Positions 15,034 to 24,000 of a DNA stretch of 24,000 nucleotides are shown in pieces (within the stretch, counting starts at the first letter, position 1; every line of letters begins with the position of its first letter). This stretch comes from Synechococcus sp. AG-673-A03. GTDB taxonomy: Bacteria > Cyanobacteriota > Cyanobacteriia > PCC-6307 > Cyanobiaceae. Position numbers and translations under genes: made by a program. A model generated the notes under the pieces. The model saw only the letters and a list, made by a program, of their open reading frames with translations. It ran no database searches and was not told the DNA's origin. The stretch spans positions 20,861-44,860 of the forward strand of contig QCTE01000003.1 of assembly GCA_003211275.1 (NCBI GenBank), written 5' to 3'.

Positions 15034-15708
15034 TCAGACCGTGTCAAATGCTTCTTTGGCCTGCTGATTCCAGCTGTTGAAGGGAGCCAGATGGCCACCA
15101 CGCAGAGCACCTAACCCAGCCCCAGAAGCCAGTGCTGGAGGTGCTTCTGCAGGAATCCACCGACATAATTGACGCAGACTGCGCTGCTGCCGAGGCCAGT
15201 GAAAGGTGCGCCGGTGCTGCAACGGTGCCAATTGATCCTTGGCCACTGGCACAAGCAAACGTCCGCAGAACAGCACATTCACAGGCAGCGGCGCATGCAC
15301 AACGGCATGACCAGGAGTAGGGCCTGGCGTCCAGAGCAGTCGCAGGCCTGAACGCGTGACGGTCTCCTCGGAAAACGTTTCGAGCTGCTCAACACCCGGC
15401 AACAGATAAGCCTCCTGTTCCTGGACAAGCACGGGCCATTGCATGCGCTGCTGCAGACCCCGCAAGCGTCCATGCCCCTCTCGACTGGTGAGAAGAATGC
15501 GGGCGCATCGGCCTTGCGCCAGTTCCCGCAGAGCCTCCAAGCTGGCTTCGGTGAGCGGCGGACAGTCGATCAGGACGGGCTCAGGATCTACGTCGAGCCA
15601 CCAGGACGAGCCGCCGCGACAGTCGCGGTTAGGCGGAAACAGCCAGAGATCAGGCCGGATTTGCATAGGCGGACGGCCTGGCTCCAGCGAGGAGGTCATC
15701 ACAGACAC
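15034..15708 (-). CDS. metallo-beta-lactamase-fold protein with a degenerate metal-binding motif
   Basis: WLFPPNR...SSWWL...PVLIDCPP, and TPGPTPGH in place of the TPGHTPGH-type motif. The HxHxDH position reads LTSREGHG. Confidence 0.65.
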   Translation of the reverse strand: MSVMTSSLEPGRPPMQIRPDLWLFPPNRDCRGGSSWWLDVDPEPVLIDCPPLTEASLEALRELAQGRCARILLTSREGHGRLRGLQQRMQWPVLVQEQEAYLLPGVEQLETFSEETVTRSGLRLLWTPGPTPGHAVVHAPLPVNVLFCGRLLVPVAKDQLAPLQHRRTFHWPRQQRSLRQLCRWIPAEAPPALASGAGLGALRGGHLAPFNSWNQQAKEAFDTV

Positions 15709-15768
15709 GATGAATCACCGGAGCTATCACTACTTTGAAGGCTTCACCTGCCTCCCGGGAGTGGATCT

Positions 15769-17850
15769 TTGAGCACGATCCGGCGAGGCAAACCTTGGCC
15801 CCTTGGCAGCAGCATCACCGCCGATGGCGTGAATTTCTCGGTGGCAGCGCCAGCTGCCAACCGGGTTGAACTGCTGATTTTCCCCACGGCTGAAGCCAGC
15901 AGCCCGGAGCAACTGATCGATCTCAACGCCAGCAACCACCGCTCCGGCGATTACTGGCATGTGGAGGTGGAGGGGCTGACGGAAGGTTGCTGCTACGGCT
16001 ACCGAGTGTTCGGGCCGCTCGCACCGGGAGGCCATGGCTTCCGGCCCGCCAAAGTTCTGTTGGATCCGTGCGCACGCGCCATCACAGGCTGGTCGACTTA
16101 TCAACGCGAAGCCGCCACCGAGGCTTCACCGAACACCCATTGCTGCCTGAAAGGACTGGTCTGCGAGCGGGACCGCTTCGATTTCGACGCGCATCCCAGG
16201 CCTCGACACAGTTGGCAGCAAACGGTGATCTACGAACTGCATGTTGGAGGCTTCACCCAACGCAGCGACAGCGACGTGGCCCCTGATCGACAGGGCAGCC
16301 TGCTGGGAGTCATCGACAAGATCCCGTATCTCAAGCAGTTGGGCGTCACCACGATCGAACTGCTGCCCGTGCAGGCCTTCGATCCCCAGGATGCACCCCC
16401 TGGGCGAGACAATGTCTGGGGTTACAGCCCACTGAGTTGGTTCGCACCTCATCAGGGCTATGTGGGTGGCGGAGACCCCATGAAGGCCAGAGATCAGATG
16501 CGCGATCTGGTGGCGGCCTGTCACGACGCTGGCCTGGAGGTGCTGCTCGATGTTGTCTACAACCACACAACCGAAGGCAACGCTGATGGCCCCACCCTGA
16601 GCTGGCGTGGCTTCGCCGATCGCACTTACTACCACCAGACCGATAAGGGTGACTACCAAGACGTGAGTGGCTGTGGCAACACCATTGCCGCCCACCAGCC
16701 GCTCAGCCGTGAACTGATTCTGGAGTCGCTGCGCTGCTGGGCATTGGAACTAGGAGTGGATGGCTTTCGCTTCGATCTCGGCATTGCCCTGAGTCGCGGC
16801 GAAGGTCTGAAGCCATTGGACAAACCCGCACTGTTCGAAGCGATGGAGGCCGACCCCCTACTCAGTGAGCTCAAACTCGTGAGCGAACCCTGGGACTGCG
16901 GTGGTCTCTACCGACTGAATGACTTCCCGGCTCGGCGCATCGGGACCTGGAACGGCCGGTTTCGTGATGCCTTACGCAGCTTTTGGAAAGGCGACGATGA
17001 CAGCACTTGGGCCATGGCACAGCGCCTGCGCAGCAGCCCTGATCTCTATGACGGCAAACCGGCAGCTTTAGGCCGCTCCGTGAATCTGCTCACGGCCCAC
17101 GACGGTTTCACACTGATGGATCTGGTGAGCTTCAACAGCAAGCACAACCTCGCTAACGGTGAAGACAACCGCGACGGTGACAATCACAACAACAGCTGGA
17201 ATCACGGGGTTGAAGGTCCAAGCAGTGACCCTGCCATCACTGCTTTGCGCAAGCGGCAGCAACGCAACATGCTGAGCACCCTGCTGCTGGCGCGCGGCGT
17301 ACCGATGCTGTTGATGGGCGACGAGGTTGGCCGCAGCCAGGGAGGCAACAACAACACCTGGTGCCAGGACACACCACTCAGCTGGATGATCTGGTCCGAG
17401 GAGCACTGCGACACAGAACTGCTCACCTTCGTGCAGCGACTGCTGCGACTGCGCTCAGAGCTCGCCGAGCTTTTGAACCCAGTGGTGAGTCACTGCGAAC
17501 AGCAACAGCAGCGCCGCAACAACGATCCCGATGGCTTATGGCGCCAGTGGCACGGGGTGGAACTCGGCAAACCCGACTGGGCCAGCTGGTCCCATTGCCT
17601 GGCGATGAGCCTGCATCGCGGCAAACGGGGAGCCGTGCTCTGGGCCGGCTTCAACGCTTACTTCAAGGCCATGCACTTTGATCTGCCCCAGCCGGCATCT
17701 CCCTGGCACCGCCTGATCGATACGGCCCTTCCTGCAGGTGAAGACCTTCCCCAGACCCTGGAACCGTGGAGTCCGGACGGCGTCCCCCTCGAAGCCAGAA
17801 GCTTGGTGGTGATGGTGGCTCGCGAGTACGCCAACAGCATCAAGCTCTAA
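15769..17850 (+). CDS. glgX: glycogen debranching enzyme GlgX (GH13 isoamylase type); TTG start
   Basis: GVNFSV N-terminal domain. GH13 conserved regions DVVYNHT, GFRFDL, EPWD and AHDGFTL. 693 aa. Confidence 0.95.
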   Translation: MSTIRRGKPWPLGSSITADGVNFSVAAPAANRVELLIFPTAEASSPEQLIDLNASNHRSGDYWHVEVEGLTEGCCYGYRVFGPLAPGGHGFRPAKVLLDPCARAITGWSTYQREAATEASPNTHCCLKGLVCERDRFDFDAHPRPRHSWQQTVIYELHVGGFTQRSDSDVAPDRQGSLLGVIDKIPYLKQLGVTTIELLPVQAFDPQDAPPGRDNVWGYSPLSWFAPHQGYVGGGDPMKARDQMRDLVAACHDAGLEVLLDVVYNHTTEGNADGPTLSWRGFADRTYYHQTDKGDYQDVSGCGNTIAAHQPLSRELILESLRCWALELGVDGFRFDLGIALSRGEGLKPLDKPALFEAMEADPLLSELKLVSEPWDCGGLYRLNDFPARRIGTWNGRFRDALRSFWKGDDDSTWAMAQRLRSSPDLYDGKPAALGRSVNLLTAHDGFTLMDLVSFNSKHNLANGEDNRDGDNHNNSWNHGVEGPSSDPAITALRKRQQRNMLSTLLLARGVPMLLMGDEVGRSQGGNNNTWCQDTPLSWMIWSEEHCDTELLTFVQRLLRLRSELAELLNPVVSHCEQQQQRRNNDPDGLWRQWHGVELGKPDWASWSHCLAMSLHRGKRGAVLWAGFNAYFKAMHFDLPQPASPWHRLIDTALPAGEDLPQTLEPWSPDGVPLEARSLVVMVAREYANSIKL

Positions 17851-17887
17851 GCAGCAAACCCTCGGAGAGCCTGGGGGCTGAAAGCGA

Positions 17888-17958
<71 letters not shown>

Positions 17959-18048
17959 ATTGATACAAACGAACCAGCTTCCACGGGGCGGAACTGGTGC
18001 GGTCATATCCCAAAGCATTATGACGGTCAGCGAGCCCCATCATTCGGA

Positions 18049-19410
18049 TTGACCACTTCTGCTGCTCGCCCTGAGGGCTCCCGCCGCCGCCTGATGTTTG
18101 CGTATGGACTCGGAGACGCAGGTACCGGACTTGCCGCGACCACACTCGGTTTTTACCTGTTTCCCTTTTTCACTTGTGCAGCAGGCCTTCCGGCGTTCAT
18201 TGCTGGCTCACTGCTCACGGTGATCAAAATCTGGGATGGCGTGAATGATCCGCTGATCGGCTGGATGAGCGATCACACCAAAAGTCGATGGGGGCCAAGA
18301 CTTCCCTGGATGTTTGGGGCAGCCCTGCCGTTAGGCATCAGCTTGGCCGCCATGTGGTGGGTTCCGGAGGGAGACATCAGCCAGCGCACGCTGTACTACG
18401 TGCTGATGGCCATCCTGCTGATGACCGCGTACACGAGCGTGAATCTGCCCTTTGCCGCGCTCTCTACGGAACTCAGCTCAGACACTGCAATCCGAACCCG
18501 TCTCAACGCAGCTCGCTTCACCGGTTCCATCATCTCAGGAACGATGGGGTTGCTCGTTGCCTTTCTCGTGTTGCGCGAAGGCGGAGGTGGGTATGTCTTG
18601 ATGGGACGCATCACCGGCACGATCGCAGCTCTAGCAACCCTTCTCTGCTGCTGGGGCTTGGCCCCCTATGCCAAAAAAGCTCAACGTCCAAGTGGCAATG
18701 AGGAGCCCCTACGCAAACAGCTGCATCGCGTCCGCTCCAATTCCCGTTTTCTCATGGTGCTGGGGCTGTACCTGCTGCTTTGGTTTGGCCTCCAGCTCAT
18801 GCAGGTTGTTGCACTGATCTGGCTTGTTCAGGTCATTCATGTTCCGGCAGGTATCGCCACCTTGCTCCTGCTCGCTTTCAACATTGCGGCCTTGATCGGG
18901 CTCCAACTTTGGAGCGTGCTGTCCAACCGCCATGGCCGCATCAAGGCTCTCGGCTGGGGGTCGAGCATCTGGATCACCGCTTGCCTGCTCTCGATGGCCC
19001 TATCTCCAATCGCTGAAAACAGTGACCGAAACGCTTTGGTTCCCGTTGTCGCACTGATCATGCTGGTTGGGCTGGGCGCCTCAACGGCCTACCTAATTCC
19101 TTGGTCCTTGCTTCCCGATGCGATCGATGCTGATCCCACACACCCAGCGGGTCTTTACACCGCATGGATGATTTTCGGTCAAAAACTGATCATTGGGCTG
19201 AGCATGAGCGTGTTCGGCACATTGCTCTCTCTAACTGGGTACATCTCGAGCGAGAGTTGCGATGGAGCCTTAAATTTTGTCGAACAGCCTCATTCAGCTC
19301 TGATTGCCATCCGCCTTTGCATGGGCCTCATTCCAGCAGTGTTAGTCGTTCTGGGACTGGTGGTGATGCGACGCTGGCCTGACCGCGGCGCCCATCTGCA
19401 ACGCGCATGA
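18049..19410 (+). CDS. GPH-family (MelB-like) sugar:cation symporter, MFS superfamily; start may be the Met at 18094
   Basis: YGLGDAGTGLAATTLGFYLFPFFT...KIWDGVNDPLIGWMSDHTKSRWGPRLPWM is the characteristic GPH N-terminal signature. About 12 hydrophobic segments. Confidence 0.85.
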   Translation: MTTSAARPEGSRRRLMFAYGLGDAGTGLAATTLGFYLFPFFTCAAGLPAFIAGSLLTVIKIWDGVNDPLIGWMSDHTKSRWGPRLPWMFGAALPLGISLAAMWWVPEGDISQRTLYYVLMAILLMTAYTSVNLPFAALSTELSSDTAIRTRLNAARFTGSIISGTMGLLVAFLVLREGGGGYVLMGRITGTIAALATLLCCWGLAPYAKKAQRPSGNEEPLRKQLHRVRSNSRFLMVLGLYLLLWFGLQLMQVVALIWLVQVIHVPAGIATLLLLAFNIAALIGLQLWSVLSNRHGRIKALGWGSSIWITACLLSMALSPIAENSDRNALVPVVALIMLVGLGASTAYLIPWSLLPDAIDADPTHPAGLYTAWMIFGQKLIIGLSMSVFGTLLSLTGYISSESCDGALNFVEQPHSALIAIRLCMGLIPAVLVVLGLVVMRRWPDRGAHLQRA

Positions 19411-20183
19411 CCTCCTTCCGATTCCGAACCCAGTTGAAATCGCCCCGCTGGCTGAACAGGCTGGGCAGCAGTTTGATCATCGGCGGACAGGCAGTAACCG
19501 CCACTGTTAAGGGGAGGATCAATACCGTTGATCTTCTGGATCAACTCCAGGAAGCCGGACCTGGAAGTTTCCTGATCGTGATCATTACGGCACTGGCTGC
19601 GGGGACGGTGTTCAACATCCAAGTCGCCAAGGAACTGAGCAACATGGGCGCCAACGCCACGGTTGGCGGCGTGCTTGCGATTGGGCTGTCTCGTGAGATC
19701 GCTCCGCTGCTGACCGCCACCCTGCTCACAGGCAAGGTGGCCACCGCCTACGCAGCACAGCTCGGCACCATGAAAGTGACCGAGCAGGTGGATGCCATCA
19801 CGATGTTGCGCACCGACCCGGTGGAGTATCTGGTCGTTCCCCGCCTGATCGCCATGGTGGTGATGGCTCCGGTGCAGTGCCTGTTGTTCTTTGCCGTGGC
19901 ACTTCTAGGAGGCCAGATCAGCAGCACGGAGATTTACCAAATCCCGCCCGCGGTGTTCTGGACCTCGGTGCGCACCTGGCTCGTACCCGATGACCTTCCT
20001 TTCATGCTGGTGAAAGCTCTGGTCTTCGGAGTGCAGATCGCAGTGCTGGCCTGTGGCTGGGGCATGACAACCCAGGGAGGACCTAAGGAAGTTGGCACCA
20101 GTACAACCGGTGCAGTGGTGATGATCCTGGTGACCGTTGCCCTCATGGACGTCCTCCTGACTCAGATCCTCTTCGGAGGTTGA
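19407..20183 (+). CDS. mlaE: MlaE/Ttg2B-type ABC transporter permease (plant TGD1-like)
   Basis: GLSREIAPLLTATLLTGKVATAYAAQLGTMKVTEQVDAITML is the conserved MlaE core. 258 aa. ATGA overlap with the upstream gene. Confidence 0.9.
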   Translation: MTSFRFRTQLKSPRWLNRLGSSLIIGGQAVTATVKGRINTVDLLDQLQEAGPGSFLIVIITALAAGTVFNIQVAKELSNMGANATVGGVLAIGLSREIAPLLTATLLTGKVATAYAAQLGTMKVTEQVDAITMLRTDPVEYLVVPRLIAMVVMAPVQCLLFFAVALLGGQISSTEIYQIPPAVFWTSVRTWLVPDDLPFMLVKALVFGVQIAVLACGWGMTTQGGPKEVGTSTTGAVVMILVTVALMDVLLTQILFGG

Positions 20184-20608
20184 AGCAATCTCTTAACCCC
20201 ATGACCACAACACCCTCTGAGCCTGACCAAGACAGCGTGAGCATCAGCTCTAGCCCCCGTCTGGCGCTGCTGATCATTGTCTTCAGCCTCTGCCTACTGC
20301 CACTGCCGTTCAACCCATGGCCGACCTTCGTGGTGGGGCTTTTTGGTGTTTTCCTGTTGGTGCAGACCTACAGCCTGCGGCTGGAATTCACTGGCGACAT
20401 GCTGGTGGTGTGGAGAGGTCAGCAGGAGCTGCGCAGATTCCCATACGCCGAATGGCAGAGCTGGCGACTGTTTGCCCCCTGGCTGCCAGGCCTGTTTTAT
20501 TTCCGCGAAATCAAGAGCATCCACTTCCTGCCGATCCTCTTCAACCCCGCTGAGTTGCGTCAGCAGTTGGAACTACGGGTGGGTTCCCTGGAAACCCCGA
20601 AGCCCTGA
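20180..20608 (+). CDS. cyanobacteria/plastid-type conserved membrane protein (I recall it as DUF3119-like; unverified); start may be the ATG at 20201
   Basis: Two TM helices, then LRLEFTGDMLVVWRG...RRFPYAEWQSWRLF...PGLFYFREIKSIHFLPILF. TTGA overlap with mlaE. Confidence 0.65.
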   Translation: MKQSLNPMTTTPSEPDQDSVSISSSPRLALLIIVFSLCLLPLPFNPWPTFVVGLFGVFLLVQTYSLRLEFTGDMLVVWRGQQELRRFPYAEWQSWRLFAPWLPGLFYFREIKSIHFLPILFNPAELRQQLELRVGSLETPKP

Positions 20609-20696
20609 GCGAAACCAACACTTGAACGCAACGAGAACGTTGTGTTTGGGCCATGAGCCCCGCAATCCGCTGAAATGAGTTGAGGAGAAGCCGACC

Positions 20697-21683
20697 ATGC
20701 CTGACGACAACGATCTGCCACTCCAGGCCACGCCGCAAGCCACAGAGGCGGCCAACGATGCATCCAGCGAGGCATCCAACCCAGCAAGCGGTGACCTGGA
20801 TCCTGGGTCTGAAACGCTGATCCAGCTGGCCCTGAGAGATCTGCAGTCGCGGCGCGACGGGCTGCAACAGGAGATTGACACTCTCCAACAGCGCAAGCAG
20901 CAACTGGAGAAGGACATGGCCGCCAGTTTTGCTGGCCAATCCGATGCGATCGCCAGACGTGTGAAGGGGTTTCAGGAGTATCTGGGTGGAGCCCTGCAGG
21001 GACTGGCCCAGTCGGTGGAGACCCTGGAGCTGGTAGCGCAGCCTGTGGTGGTGAAGCCTTCACCACTGGATGCCCAGGCAGCTGAGGCCGCCGCCGAACA
21101 GGCCATGGCGAACAGCGTCGGTGCTCCGGCTCTGGCCGACACCTTCCGCCCTGACGAAGAGCTGATCCGAACCAACCTCAGGCGTTTTCTGGAGCAGCCC
21201 GACTTCTATGCCGAACCCTGGAAACTGCGGCGCAGCCTCGACGACAGCGACATCGCTGTGCTCGAAGACTGGTTTTTCAATCAGGGCGGCCGGGGAGCTC
21301 AGGCCAGCCGCGGCAGTCGACCTCGCAACGTTCTGCTGGGCGCTGCCCTGATCGCCGTCATCGGCGAGCTTTATGGCGATCAGTTCCAGACGCTAGTTCT
21401 GGCCGGACAACCCGAACGGCTCGGTGACTGGCGACGAGGCCTGCAGGATGCGCTCGGCCTGGGACGGGAAGATTTCGGCCCCAGCAGCGGGATCGTGCTG
21501 TTTGAACGTGGCGATGCCCTCGTGGAGCGCGCCGACCGGCTCGAGGAACGCGGTGAAGTGCCCCTGATCCTGATCGATGCAGCGCAACGGGTGGTGGACA
21601 TTCCCGTGCTTCAGTTCCCGCTCTGGCTGGCGTTTGCAGCCGGTCCTGGCGAAACCTACGACTACGACGAAGACCTGCTCTGA
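20697..21683 (+). CDS. cyanobacteria-conserved protein with N-terminal coiled coil (I recall it as DUF3086-like; unverified)
   Basis: 328 aa. Coiled coil LQSRRDGLQQEIDTLQQRKQQLEKDM, then a long conserved-looking C-terminal domain. TGATG overlap with plsY. Confidence 0.65.
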   Translation: MPDDNDLPLQATPQATEAANDASSEASNPASGDLDPGSETLIQLALRDLQSRRDGLQQEIDTLQQRKQQLEKDMAASFAGQSDAIARRVKGFQEYLGGALQGLAQSVETLELVAQPVVVKPSPLDAQAAEAAAEQAMANSVGAPALADTFRPDEELIRTNLRRFLEQPDFYAEPWKLRRSLDDSDIAVLEDWFFNQGGRGAQASRGSRPRNVLLGAALIAVIGELYGDQFQTLVLAGQPERLGDWRRGLQDALGLGREDFGPSSGIVLFERGDALVERADRLEERGEVPLILIDAAQRVVDIPVLQFPLWLAFAAGPGETYDYDEDLL

Positions 21684-22282
21684 TGCCCCTGTTCACGCTG
21701 CTGCTGGGTTACCTGCTCGGCTCCATCCCAAGCGGCTTCCTGGCTGGCAAATGGTGCAAGGGCATCGACCTGCGCAGCATCGGCTCCCGCTCCACCGGCG
21801 CCACCAATGTGCTGCGCAACGTGGGCAAAGGCCCTGCTCTGGTGGTGTTCCTGGTGGATGTGGCCAAGGGCGCGGCTGCCGTGTTGCTGGCCAGTGCCCT
21901 CACCCAGAACAATCCACTCAATGACTGGATCCAGGTGCTGGCAGGTCTTGCGGCCCTGGCCGGTCATATCTGGCCGATATGGCTGGGATTCAAGGGCGGC
22001 AAGGCCGTGGCCACCGGGCTTGGTTTGTTCCTTGGCCTGGCCTGGCCCGTGGGTCTGGCCTGCTTCGGGATGTTTATGGCTGTGTTCAGTCTCAGCCGGA
22101 TCGTGTCACTCGCCAGCGTTGTGGCAGCGCTCAGCCTGCCGCTGCTGATGGCCGCTGGCTCCGGCAGCAATGCCGATCTGGTGGTGGCCCTGGTGGCGAT
22201 GGCGCTGGTGCTCTGGCGCCACCGCAGCAACATCCAGCGGCTGATCAACGGCACCGAACCCAAGGTGGGTCAGAAAGACTGA
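21683..22282 (+). CDS. plsY: glycerol-3-phosphate acyltransferase PlsY
   Basis: LLGYLLGSIPSGFL...GSRSTGATNVLR...GHIWPIWLGFKGGKAVATG are canonical PlsY motifs. 199 aa. Confidence 0.95.
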   Translation: MPLFTLLLGYLLGSIPSGFLAGKWCKGIDLRSIGSRSTGATNVLRNVGKGPALVVFLVDVAKGAAAVLLASALTQNNPLNDWIQVLAGLAALAGHIWPIWLGFKGGKAVATGLGLFLGLAWPVGLACFGMFMAVFSLSRIVSLASVVAALSLPLLMAAGSGSNADLVVALVAMALVLWRHRSNIQRLINGTEPKVGQKD

Positions 22283-22374
22283 AAATCCAAACCCTGGTTG
22301 CGACAGAGGGAGCTGCTGAGGTGCCTATTCCCTCCCTCCGTTGAGGGAGAGGGCTAGCTCTTGCTGGTCAGCGA

Positions 22375-23094
22375 TCAGCCCACGAGCTCAGCGCAACAGG
22401 CGGCAAACGCCGCACTGGGATCTTCGGCCTTTGTGATCGGGCGACCGATCACCAGCTGACTTGCTCCTGCTGCGATCGCCTCAGCCGGTCCCATCACCCG
22501 GGCCTGATCACCCACCGCAGCGCCTTTGGGGCGAATCCCCGGTGTCACCAATGCAAACGGCTCATGATGTTGTGCCCGTAAGGCCGCTGCTTCCAGGGGT
22601 GAACACACACAGCCGCCGATGCCGGCTCTCGCCGACAGCTCAGCCAACGCCGGCACACGCTCGGCGATGCCTTGGGTAATGGCGAGTTCCCGTTGCAGTC
22701 GCTGCTCTTCCCAGCTGGTGAGCACCGTCACCGCCAACAGGGTGGGCAGCGGCATTCCAGCGGTTTGCGCTCCCTCCACCGCCGCGGCCTGGGCGGCCTG
22801 CAACGCTTCGCTGCCGGCGCAGGCATGCACCGTGATCAGCTCCGCCCCCAGCGCCGCCGCACGACGGCAAGACCCGGCCATGGTGGCAGGGATGTCATGG
22901 AATTTGAGATCGAGAAACACCCGTAGCCCCTGATCGCGCAGCTGCGCCACAACCTCAGGCCCCCCCTGGACGAACAGCTCCAGACCCACCTTCACCCAGC
23001 ACAATCCCTTCACCTGAGCGGCAAAGACCAGGGCCTGATCTGGAGCCATGCCATCCAGGGCCACGATGATCCGATCGGCGGGATGAATGGCCAT
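22375..23094 (-). CDS. pyrF: orotidine 5'-phosphate decarboxylase
   Basis: IIVALDG...VKVGLELF...[14 protein letters not shown]...QLVIGRPIT are canonical PyrF motifs. 239 aa. Confidence 0.95.
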   Translation of the reverse strand: MAIHPADRIIVALDGMAPDQALVFAAQVKGLCWVKVGLELFVQGGPEVVAQLRDQGLRVFLDLKFHDIPATMAGSCRRAAALGAELITVHACAGSEALQAAQAAAVEGAQTAGMPLPTLLAVTVLTSWEEQRLQRELAITQGIAERVPALAELSARAGIGGCVCSPLEAAALRAQHHEPFALVTPGIRPKGAAVGDQARVMGPAEAIAAGASQLVIGRPITKAEDPSAAFAACCAELVG

Positions 23095-24000
23095 CAGCCC
23101 ACCAGCCGTCGAAAGGTTTTCTTGCCGAGCTGCAGCACCTTGCCCTGAAGTTCCGCCGCCGAGGCGAACTCCTGATTCGGATCAGTGATCTTCTCGCCTT
23201 CCAGCCGTGCAGCGCCGCCTTTGATCTGACGACGGGCCTCGCTGCTGCTGGCGCAGATGCCCACAGCACTGAGCAGATAGAACGCCTTGGCCGGAAAATT
23301 CACTGCGGAAAGAGAGGCTTCGGGCACATCCGCTCCGGCATCACCGCCACTGCTCACCAGGGTGGCCGCATCGCTCTGGGCTTTTTGGGCTGCCTCCATG
23401 CCATGGCGGCTGGCGGTCACCGCCAGAGCCATCGCCTTCTGCTTCTCGCGTGCGTTGTCCGGCAAATCCTGCGCACTCAGATCGGTCAGCAAGGTCACGA
23501 AGTCGTCAATGGCAGCATCGCCGACCTTCTCAAGTTTGGAATACATCGAGAGTGCATCTTCCTCCAGACCCACGGTGTTACCAAGGCTTTTGCTCATCTT
23601 CTGCAGCCCATCTAGGCCCACCAGAATCGGCAGCAGCAGACCGAACTGGGTGCTCTTGTTGAAATGGCGCTGCAGGTCGCGGCCCATGGCCACGTTGAAC
23701 TTCTGATCGGTGCCACCCAGCTCCACATCGGCATTCACCGCGACGGAGTCATAACCCTGCAAAAGCGGATAAAGGAATTCATGCAGGGCGATCGGTGCGC
23801 CGCTGCCGTAGCGCTTGGAGAAATCATCCTTGGCCAGCATCTGACCCACGGTGGCCGTCCCCAGCAGGCCAATGACCTGAGGCAGATCCAAACCTTCCAG
23901 CCACTCACTATTACGGCGCACCTCCAGGCGGCCAGGGGTCTCGAAATCAAGCAGTGCCGTCTGCTTCGGCTGGCCCTGACCCAGCTGCGCCAGGTAGGTG
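23094..24000 (-). CDS. tyrS: tyrosyl-tRNA synthetase, C-terminal ~300 codons (5' end lies beyond the window edge)
   Basis: KMSKSLGN (KMSKS motif), [15 protein letters not shown], and the C-terminal S4-like [18 protein letters not shown]. By hand translation the frame stays open upstream of the listed GTG (..[34 protein letters not shown]) to position 24000. Confidence 0.95.
   Translation of the reverse strand, partial: TYLAQLGQGQPKQTALLDFETPGRLEVRRNSEWLEGLDLPQVIGLLGTATVGQMLAKDDFSKRYGSGAPIALHEFLYPLLQGYDSVAVNADVELGGTDQKFNVAMGRDLQRHFNKSTQFGLLLPILVGLDGLQKMSKSLGNTVGLEEDALSMYSKLEKVGDAAIDDFVTLLTDLSAQDLPDNAREKQKAMALAVTASRHGMEAAQKAQSDAATLVSSGGDAGADVPEASLSAVNFPAKAFYLLSAVGICASSSEARRQIKGGAARLEGEKITDPNQEFASAAELQGKVLQLGKKTFRRLVG

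Overview
The window looks like a marine picocyanobacterial (Synechococcus-type) chromosome segment; this is inferred from gene content and synteny, and no search was run. It has two compositionally distinct parts.

Positions ~1-11,800 are visibly A+T-richer and packed with short, mostly family-less ORFs. These include small membrane and secreted proteins, a DUF1330 protein, an AlpA-type HTH protein, a DUF3104-like protein, a frameshifted orotate-PRTase-like gene and a pentapeptide-repeat protein. I read this part as a flexible genomic island.

Positions ~11,800-24,000 are G+C-rich conserved core. In order: alpha/beta hydrolase, two small exported proteins, a CxxCxGxG zinc-finger protein, gluQ, HU, a degenerate MBL-fold protein, glgX, tRNA-Gly(UCC), a GPH/MFS symporter, an MlaE-type permease, two cyanobacteria-type conserved proteins, plsY, pyrF and tyrS (5' end cut by the window edge).

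The most interesting unexplained signal is a pair of diverged direct copies of a + strand element (about 1239-1395 and 3134-3280). Both copies fold into the same three-stem structure with fully compensatory substitutions, and they bracket the 1.9 kb AlpA-containing segment.

There are also intrinsic terminators with no convincing ORF to terminate (3782-3807 and 723-757 on the - strand, 13333-13368 on the + strand), which suggests unannotated small RNAs or micro-proteins. I saw no CRISPR array, rRNA, transposase or integrase. All family calls come from motif recognition by eye, not from database searches.
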